Source: an uncultured delta proteobacterium
Lineage (GTDB): Bacteria; Myxococcota; Kuafuiibacteriia; Kuafuiibacteriales; Kuafuiibacteriaceae
Direction: 5' to 3'
Assembly (NCBI GenBank): GCA_963803435.1
Contig: CAWDML010000005.1
Location: forward strand, 256,001 to 320,000
DNA length: 64,000 nucleotides
The position numbers and the translations under genes were made by a program. The notes beneath the pieces are model-generated. The model was not told the origin of the DNA, did no database searches, and saw only the letters and a list, made by a program, of their open reading frames with translations. Below, piece by piece: positions 56,512 through 64,000 of this stretch (positions within the stretch are counted from its first letter, which is position 1; each line of letters opens with the position of its first letter).

Positions 56512-59500
56512 GTGAACAGCAGAAGGATTCTCGCGTTCCCCCTCCTCGCGTCGCTCCTCAGCGCCTGTCCGAGCGGACATGCTCGGGACGATACGGACGA
56601 TACGCCGCCGCCGATCTTTCCGACGATCCTTCGTTTCGAGGTCGACCGGCGGGTCATCGTCGCGGGTGAGAGCGCAACGATCGACTACTCGGTGGAGAAC
56701 GCGTCGAGCGTCTCCATCGATCCCGGGCTCGTCACGAACAGCGCCGCGCTCTCGGGGATGATCTCGACCGGCCCGCTCACCGAGACCACCACGTTCACGC
56801 TGCGCGCGCACTCGGACGCGGGCGACACCGATCGCAGCCTGGTGATCACGGTGCAGCCCGAGGGCGCCGTCCGCATCGTGGCCTTCACCGCGGACCCAGC
56901 CATCGTCGAGCCGGGCGGGCCCGTCCAGCTGTCGTGGACCACGGAGGGCGCAACCCACGTTGCGATCTCCGAGCTCGGTGGCGGCGTGGTGGTCGCGGAC
57001 GCAGAGCTCTCCGGCACCTTCACGGTCATGCCCCCCGCCAGCACCACCTTTCTCCTCTCCGCGCAGCGCAGCGACGAGAAGCCCGAGACCGCCCAGGTGA
57101 TGGTCCTGGTCGGCACGATGCCGGCGATCGACACCTTCACCGCTTCCCCGGCGCAGATCACCACCGATCCCTCCACGCTCTCCTGGAGCGTGCGCAACGC
57201 GGACCATGTGAGCCTGCGCGGGAGCGACGGCGTGCTGATGCTGGACGACCTGCCGCTGACCGGCTCGCAGGTGGTCAGCCCCACGCAGACGACGCAGTAC
57301 ATGCTGCTGGCGAGCAACGCCATCTCGAACGCCGTCGCGAACGCGACCGTCGAGGTGCTCCCGCCTGGCAGCCCGCGCATTCTCACCTTCGCGATCACGC
57401 CCACCACGCTGGCCACCGCGGGTGAGGTCACGGTCGACTGGGAGACCGCGGACGCCGACACGGTCGATCTCACCGCCGACGGGACCTCGGTCACGACCTT
57501 CCCGCGCACCCCCTCGGGCTCGACGATGATCGCCGTCGGTCAGACCACGCGCTTCGAGCTGGTGGCGGAGAACGGCGAAGGCATGACCCAGGACTCGATC
57601 ATGGTGACCGTGGGCAGCCCCGATACGATGCCCCCGGTGATCGAGCACGTGGGCGTCACCGACGGCCAGCTGGAAGGCTCCGCCGTCGACGTGGTTGCCA
57701 CCATCACCGATGCGGGCTCGGGCGTCGCTGGCGCCACGCTCTTCTACCGGACGCAGGGCTCGGCCACGTTCTCCAGCCTGCCGATGCAGGACGAGGGCAA
57801 CGATCGCTTTCACGCCACCATCCCCGCCGCCAGCGTGCGGCCGCCGGCCGTCGAGTATTACATCCTGGCGACCGACCAGGCGGCGGTCGCGAACGCCGCC
57901 ACCGATCCTCAGGGCGCGCCCGCGAACCTGCACCACTTCGCGGTCTCGTCGAACGATCAGGCGGGCCCAGCGATCACGCACACGCCGGTGACGGCCCAGC
58001 AGACGGAGGGGCAGCCGGTGGTGATCGGCGCGAGCGTCACCGATGCGACCGGCGTGGCGGGCGTGACCTTGTACTACCGTCGTCAGGGCGCGCCGATGTT
58101 CACCAGCCTCGCCATGATGAACACCGGCGGCGCCGCCTATCAGGCGACCATCCCGGCCGCTACGCCGCCCGCGATGGAGTACTACCTCCAGGCGAGCGAC
58201 ACGATCGTCCCCGCCAACGTGGGGCGGAGCCCGCCCAACGCGCCGACGCAGGTGCACACGTTCTCGGTGGAGGCGCTCGACGTGACGCCGCCGGCGATGA
58301 CGCACACGCCGATCGCGAACGGACAGCAGGCCGGCAGCCCGGTGACCGTGACGGTCGATGTCACCGACGCGACCGGCGTGGGCGCGGTGACGCTCTACTA
58401 CAAGCGATCCACGACCGGCACGTACACCTCGGTCGCGATGACGGGTGCCGGCCAGACCAAGGTCGCGCAGATCCCCGCGGCGACCGTCCAGGAGCCGCGC
58501 GTCGACTATTATCTCGAGGCCGCCGACACGGCCACGCCACAGCCGAACATCGCGCGCGTCCCGGTGACCGCGCCCGGCACGCCCTACAGCTTCACCGTGA
58601 CGCCGGTGGACTCGGCGGCACCGACGATTCTCACACACGCCGATCGCGAACGGCCGGCCCACCGGACAGGCGGTGACCGTAGCGGCCGACGTGGTCGACG
58701 CGTCGGGCGTCGCCCTGGTGAACCTGCTGTATCGCCGACGCGGCTCCGGTACGTACGCCAGCGTCGCGATGACCGGTGGGCCCACGTACGTGGGGACGAT
58801 CCCGGCAGGCTCAGTCCAGGATCCGGGCGTCGAGTACTACATCCAAGCCGTCGACGCGGCGCCCGCCGCCAACGGCGCCTTCCTCCCCGCGAACGCCCCG
58901 ACCACCGTCTTCACGTTCGACACCGGCACCGGCGAGGTCGAGCCCAACGGGACCTCGGCGCAGGCGACGCCGTTCCTGAGCGGCACGCGACTCACCAACA
59001 TCGGTCTGGGCGCCGTGACCCCTGCCACCGATCGCGACTATTGGATCATCGACGTTCCGGCGGGCGCCAATCGCTACACGGTCAACCTCGAGGTGACGAT
59101 CGGCGGCGTCGGCGTCTGCAGTGGCGGTGACGCCCGCATGCGCCTGTACGCCAGCGACGGAACCACCGTGCTGGTCGACGATCACGACGACGGCGTGGGC
59201 CTGTGTCCCCAGATCGCGCCCGCCAACGACACCGGCGCGCGGGCGCTGGCGGCCGGCCGCTATTACGTCGAGGTCGAGGAGGACGGGCAGAACGCGACGA
59301 TCTCCAGCTACGAGCTCCGCGGCTCGATGGCGGTGTCCGTGTGCGGTAACGGGATCTTGGAGACGCCGATCGGCGAGCAGTGCGATGACGGCGGCACTGC
59401 CAACGGCGACGGCTGCTCCTCGACGTGTCACGTGGAGCCGGACGCCACCTTCACGGCGCCCGGTGGTACGCAGGTGGGTGCGATCTCGCCGGCCGGCGAC

Positions 59501-61201
59501 ACCGACACGTTCGCGGTGGTAGTGGGGGCCGGCCAGTTCCTCACCGCCGAGATCAGCGACGGTGCAGGCGGCTGCCCAGGCGATACCGTGCTCGAGCTCT
59601 ACGGGCCCGACGGCGTGACCTTGATCGGCTCGGACGACGACGACGGGTTCGACACCTGCTCGCGCATCGATCCCACCCGCGACAGCTTCGCGGCGAACCT
59701 GACGGCAGGCACCTACTATCTGGTGGCGCGGGCCTACAGCGCCTCCGCCACCCTGGCCAGCTACACGCTGTCGGTGATGATCACTAGCAACATCTGCGGC
59801 AACCACCAGATCGAGTCCGGCGAGCAGTGCGACGACGGAAACGCCGCCAGCAACGACGGTTGCTCGTCCACGTGTCAATGGGAGACGCGCGGCACCGCGA
59901 GCGGCACCGGCGCGTCGTTCACCGACTCGATCAGCCCGATCGGCAACATCGACTGGTATGCGGTCGTCGTGCCTGCGGGCTACTCGATCCGTGCCGAGAC
60001 CTTCTCTCCCTCGGACGGCATGTGCCCGAGCGGGACGGACACCGTGATCCGGCTCTGGCAGTCGAACCGAACCACCGAGATCGTCTCCGACGACGACGAC
60101 GGTGTCGGCGCCTGCTCGCTCCTCACGCCCACGACCGACGCCGCGGTGCGCGGGCTGGCAGCCGGCACGTACTACGTCAGCGTCGAGGACTACGGGAACA
60201 ACAGCACAATCGGTACCTACGTCCTCAACGTCGCGATCCAGGCGGCCATGTGCGGAGACGGGTTCCTCGGCGGGACCGAGGCCTGCGACGATGGCAACAC
60301 GATTGCCGGAGACGGCTGCTCGGCCGTCTGTCAGTTCGAGGGCACCGGCGAGCTGGAGCCGAACAACACCACGGCGGCCGCCACTGCGTTCATCAACTCC
60401 GGAGGGACCGGCGGCACGATCTACGGCGCGCTCCCGACGGCCGGCGACGTCGACCTCTACCGCATCGTGGTGGCATCGACATCGAACCTGGTGGCGGAGG
60501 TGCACGGCACCGACGGGGGCTGCCCCGTCGACACCACCCTCCGGCTGTTGAGCGCCTCGGGGACGCAGCTCGCGACCGACACCGCGGACGGGCCGGGCGC
60601 GTGCGGGCGGCTCTCGCCCGGCGCCGACTCGGCGGCGCGCAACCTGGCCCCCGGCACGTACTATCTCGAGGTCACCGGAAGCGCGTCGACCAACACGTAC
60701 CTGCTCGACGCGCGCCTCCTCGCGCCGGGCTGCGGCGACCTCTACCTGGTCGCCGGTGAGCAGTGCGACGATGGCAATACCGCCGCCGGCGACGGCTGCT
60801 CGGCGACCTGCCAGCTCGAGCTGCTCGAGATGGAGCCGAACGGCACCGCCACCACGGCGCAGGCCCTCGGCAGCGGGACGACTCGGCTGGTGGGCGGATC
60901 GATCAGCCCTGCGGGCGATCAGGACTGGTACTCGGTGGTGGTGCCGACCAATGGATCGATGTCGGTGGCCACGCACCAGGGGGCGGCTGATCAGTGCGCC
61001 AGCCCGCTCGACACGGTCGTCACGATCTACCGGCCGAACGGCTCGCAGCTGGTGGAGGACGACCTCGACGGCCCGGGCCTGTGCTCGATCATCGACCGGA
61101 ACGAGGCCAATCACCTGCCCGGCGGGACTTATCGGATCCGCGTGCGTGCGTTCAGCGCCAGCGCCACCATGAGCTACGTCCTCTCCATCGACGTGCGCTA
61201 G
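56512..61201 (+). CDS. ~1560-aa modular surface lipoprotein: Ig-like repeats, P-x-I-x-H-x-P beta repeats, 5 PPC-like domains alternating with 4 myxococcal Cys-rich repeats (one frameshift at 58626-58630)
   Basis: Lipobox LLSAC; repeats F.A.P..I..G....LSW; four PxIxHxP units; E.EPN / G.ISPAGD.DWY; CG.G.....EQCDDG....DGCS..C x4. Confidence 0.85.
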
Positions 61202-61254
61202 CACACGCCGCTTCCTCCCGGCCCTCCGCTACAACCAGAGCGGGGAGGCATCGA

Positions 61255-61776
61255 ATGTTGAAGGCCCGATCTTGGATGTTTGCGCTGCCGGTGGTCCTGG
61301 CGGCCTGTGGGGGACCCGAGGAGGACCTCGCGCTCGAGGAGGACGCGCTGTCGGCGGGGGGAACGTTGGCGTTGCCGTGCACGCCTTCGGACGATGTGGC
61401 GGACGATTGGACCTGCGCGACCTCGTTCTGGGGAGCGAAGGGGACGTTCTTCATCGCGCCCGGTGATACAGATTGGTTCTATCTCCGGTCAGGTTCGGTT
61501 TCGGAGCGCTATCACGTCTGGGCGGGGAACGGTACCGCGACCACCAAGTGCTGGGTCTACTCGAAGCAAGCGTCCGGTCTGGTCTTCGAGCAGTTCACTT
61601 CGTTCTGCAACTGGGAGCAAGTTCTCCAGCCCAACACCTATTACTACATGAAGGTGCAGACGGCCTCGACGCTGAGCTTCGGCACCTACCAGCTCGGCCT
61701 CGTCATCTATCACGAAGCGCCGGACAACGGACCCTTGCCGGACTCGTGCCCGGAGTGCGGCGTGCTCAGTCCGTGA
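61255..61776 (+). CDS. Hypothetical lipoprotein (PPC-like)
   Basis: GGAGG RBS; lipobox VLAAC; APGDTDWFY...YYMKV. Confidence 0.65.
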   Translation: MLKARSWMFALPVVLAACGGPEEDLALEEDALSAGGTLALPCTPSDDVADDWTCATSFWGAKGTFFIAPGDTDWFYLRSGSVSERYHVWAGNGTATTKCWVYSKQASGLVFEQFTSFCNWEQVLQPNTYYYMKVQTASTLSFGTYQLGLVIYHEAPDNGPLPDSCPECGVLSP

Positions 61777-64000
61777 TCGACCCGTCGAGACGGTACTCGA
61801 TCGTGATCTCCGCGTAGTCGAGGCGCGCCGCCGTGGCTCCGGCCACCGCGGCGTGGACCTCCAGGTTCCCGTCGATCCAGTCATGGTCTCGCGCCGCGAC
61901 GCGGAGCTCTCCGCCCGTGCTGGCGCGGCGCCATTCGCCGGTCGCCGGGCGCCACAGGAACAGGTCACCCTCCGGGGCTCGCGCGAGGATCTCGACCCTC
62001 TGGACCTCGGCGCGCGCGGCGTTCGCCGCGGACAGGCGCGCCACCAGGACGACCGCCGGGCGATCCGCCGGCCTGCGCTCGAGGAGCCAGCTGTCCTGGC
62101 GCGGCGCTCCGCCCCCGCAGCCGACCTCCGGGCAACCTCCGAACAGGAGCGTGGCCTGGTCGGGTGGATCGTAGACCATCGCGTGTCCTTCCCGCCCGCG
62201 CGGGGTGAGCGGTCCGTTCGCCTCGGCGGCCCAGGTGTCGGTCGCGGGATCCCAGCTCGCCAGCTGCGCCAGCACCAGCGCGCTGACGGACCGGCCGCCG
62301 TAGACGAGCAGCCGATCGAGCGCCGGATCGAAGACCATCGCGTGCCCACGGCGCGCCGGTGCGCCGAGCGCAGCGGCATGCCACGCGGCGCCGTCCCATC
62401 TCCAGAGGTCGTCGAGCACGTCGTCGCTCGCGTCGAGGCCGCCGAACAAGAGCACCGCTCGCCGCAGCGGATCCGAGGCGAGGGCGTGGCGCGAGCGCCC
62501 GATCGGGCCCGGCGCTGCCACCGGCGACCAGACGTCTCCGAGCTGGTAGAGGTCGGCGCCGAAGAAGAGCACGCCGGGGAGCGAAGGATCGTACGCGAGC
62601 GCCGACCCTTCGACCGCAGGCGGTGGGTCTGCCAGCGGGGCCCAGTCGACGCCGTCGAAGCGGAACGATCGCGCCGCGCCGGTGGCCGGATCGTCGCCGA
62701 CCAGCACGGTCCGACCACGGGTCGGATCGGTGGCCATGCTCGGCCAGGCGAGCGGCGGTGGCGAGGTCGACGTGACGACCGCGCGCCATCGCGTGCCCTC
62801 GAAGCGCCACAGATCGTTCCGCCAGTCCGAGAGCCCCGAGAGCGACGCAGCGCCGCCGAAGAGGAGCGGGGCACCGGTCGTTGGATCGGTCGCCAGCGCC
62901 GCGCGGGCGCGCGCGGGCGGATCCGCGTCGCGCACCAGCGACTGGGCGACACCGTCTCCGTCGATCCCATGGAGATCTCCGAAGCGGACGCCCGTTGCCT
63001 GGCCGCCGAACAGATAGACCCGGCCGCGCCCCGGATCGAGGAACAGCGCGTGTCGCGTGCGGGGACCCGGTAGCGCGCCCGACAGGTCGAAGGGAGTCCA
63101 GTCGGAGCCGTCCCAGGTGAAAGCGTCGCCGCGGATGATCTCGGTCCCGCCGTGCGCGCCGGAGTCGCCCCCGAGCATCAGGATCCGTCCGAGCGCAGGG
63201 TGGAAGACGAGGGCGGGATTCCTTCGCGCCGAAGGCTGGGTGGCGGGCGTGGTCGGCACCCAGGTCGAGCCCGTCCACTCCCACGTGTCGTTCAGCTCCC
63301 CCGTGAGGCTGTCACCGCCGAACAGGACGATGCGGTTTCGCGTCGGATCGAACGCAGCGCCGGCGTTGAAGCGAGGCGGCGGGACCGCGGCGGGGGAGCG
63401 CTGCCGCCAGGTCCCGTCCCAGCTCCAGGTCTCGGCGAGAGGTCCGGCCGCGCCGATGCCGCCGAACAGGATGACCTCCTCGCGCTGCGGATCGTAGACC
63501 ATGACGTGCCCGCTGCGGGGCGAGGGTCCGTCGCGCTGGACGTGCTCGCGCCAGCTCTGCCCGTCGAAGAGCCAGGTGTCACCGAGCACGCCCGATCCCC
63601 CGAGGCCGCCGAAGAGGAGGATCGCGCTGCGGGCCAGATCCATCACCATGCGATGACTCGTGCGCGGCGGCGGATCGCCGGACGCCGGCGGGCGGAGGAT
63701 CCAGTTGTAGCGATCCCACTCCCAGTGATCGCCGAGCGGCTGCCCGCCGTCGTCGACGCCGCCGAAGAGCAGCGCGCGATCGCGGATCGGATCCCAGACC
63801 ACGGTCTGATTCTCTCTCGCGCTCGGACCGCTCGAGCTCAGGGTGACGTCCCGCCAGGTGAAGCCGGCGGGCGCTGCCAGCAACTCGCTGTCGGGGAGAT
63901 GGAGCGAAGCACGTTGGGAAGGCGTCGCCTCCTGGAAGGCGCCGTCGCGCGGGTCGCGGGCCAAGGTCTCGAAGCGTGGCTCGAGGAACACGCGGTTCGG
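61766..64000 (-). CDS. Kelch-repeat (probably double beta-propeller) protein, 5' end beyond window
   Basis: About 11-12 repeats of P..R..H...YDP....LFGG......DTW.WDG..W. Confidence 0.88.
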   Translation of the reverse strand, partial: PNRVFLEPRFETLARDPRDGAFQEATPSQRASLHLPDSELLAAPAGFTWRDVTLSSSGPSARENQTVVWDPIRDRALLFGGVDDGGQPLGDHWEWDRYNWILRPPASGDPPPRTSHRMVMDLARSAILLFGGLGGSGVLGDTWLFDGQSWREHVQRDGPSPRSGHVMVYDPQREEVILFGGIGAAGPLAETWSWDGTWRQRSPAAVPPPRFNAGAAFDPTRNRIVLFGGDSLTGELNDTWEWTGSTWVPTTPATQPSARRNPALVFHPALGRILMLGGDSGAHGGTEIIRGDAFTWDGSDWTPFDLSGALPGPRTRHALFLDPGRGRVYLFGGQATGVRFGDLHGIDGDGVAQSLVRDADPPARARAALATDPTTGAPLLFGGAASLSGLSDWRNDLWRFEGTRWRAVVTSTSPPPLAWPSMATDPTRGRTVLVGDDPATGAARSFRFDGVDWAPLADPPPAVEGSALAYDPSLPGVLFFGADLYQLGDVWSPVAAPGPIGRSRHALASDPLRRAVLLFGGLDASDDVLDDLWRWDGAAWHAAALGAPARRGHAMVFDPALDRLLVYGGRSVSALVLAQLASWDPATDTWAAEANGPLTPRGREGHAMVYDPPDQATLLFGGCPEVGCGGGAPRQDSWLLERRPADRPAVVLVARLSAANAARAEVQRVEILARAPEGDLFLWRPATGEWRRASTGGELRVAARDHDWIDGNLEVHAAVAGATAARLDYAEITIEYRLDGSITD

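Overview
High-GC (roughly 70% by eye) bacterial chromosome segment, almost certainly Myxococcota: MYXO-CTERM-type C-termini, myxococcal Cys-rich repeats, three eukaryotic-like Ser/Thr kinases and many lipoproteins. About 48 protein genes; no rRNA, tRNA, CRISPR array or transposase seen. Recognisable genes: katE, SWIM-SNF2 helicase, rlmL-like methyltransferase, fdxA, PaaZ/BoxD-type aldehyde dehydrogenase, NtrC-type sigma54 regulator, LarA-domain protein with HAD-IB hydrolase, ktrB/ktrA, osmC, apbE, gyrB, gloB, rhodanese-moeB, moaA, lspA. Best candidate for an uncharacterised system: a divergent 8-gene locus (35.8-43.0 kb). Its leftward arm encodes DUF4266, a DUF3570 beta-barrel, TlpA and ApbE flavin transferase; its rightward arm encodes two surface MopE-like Cys/Asp repeat proteins and two putative c-type heme proteins, followed by an orphan sigma54 promoter and hairpin (candidate sRNA). 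Other highlights: a hemerythrin fused to an ODP-like domain that has lost its metal ligands; a kinase-pseudokinase tandem; a kinase-less HAMP sensor in the Ktr operon; a repeated TANNNT-N6/7-start (leaderless-type) architecture. Seven single-base frameshifts in five genes look like long-read errors; four are the identical GATC>GATTC event, possibly a DNA-methylation footprint. Family names come from motif recognition only; no searches were run.
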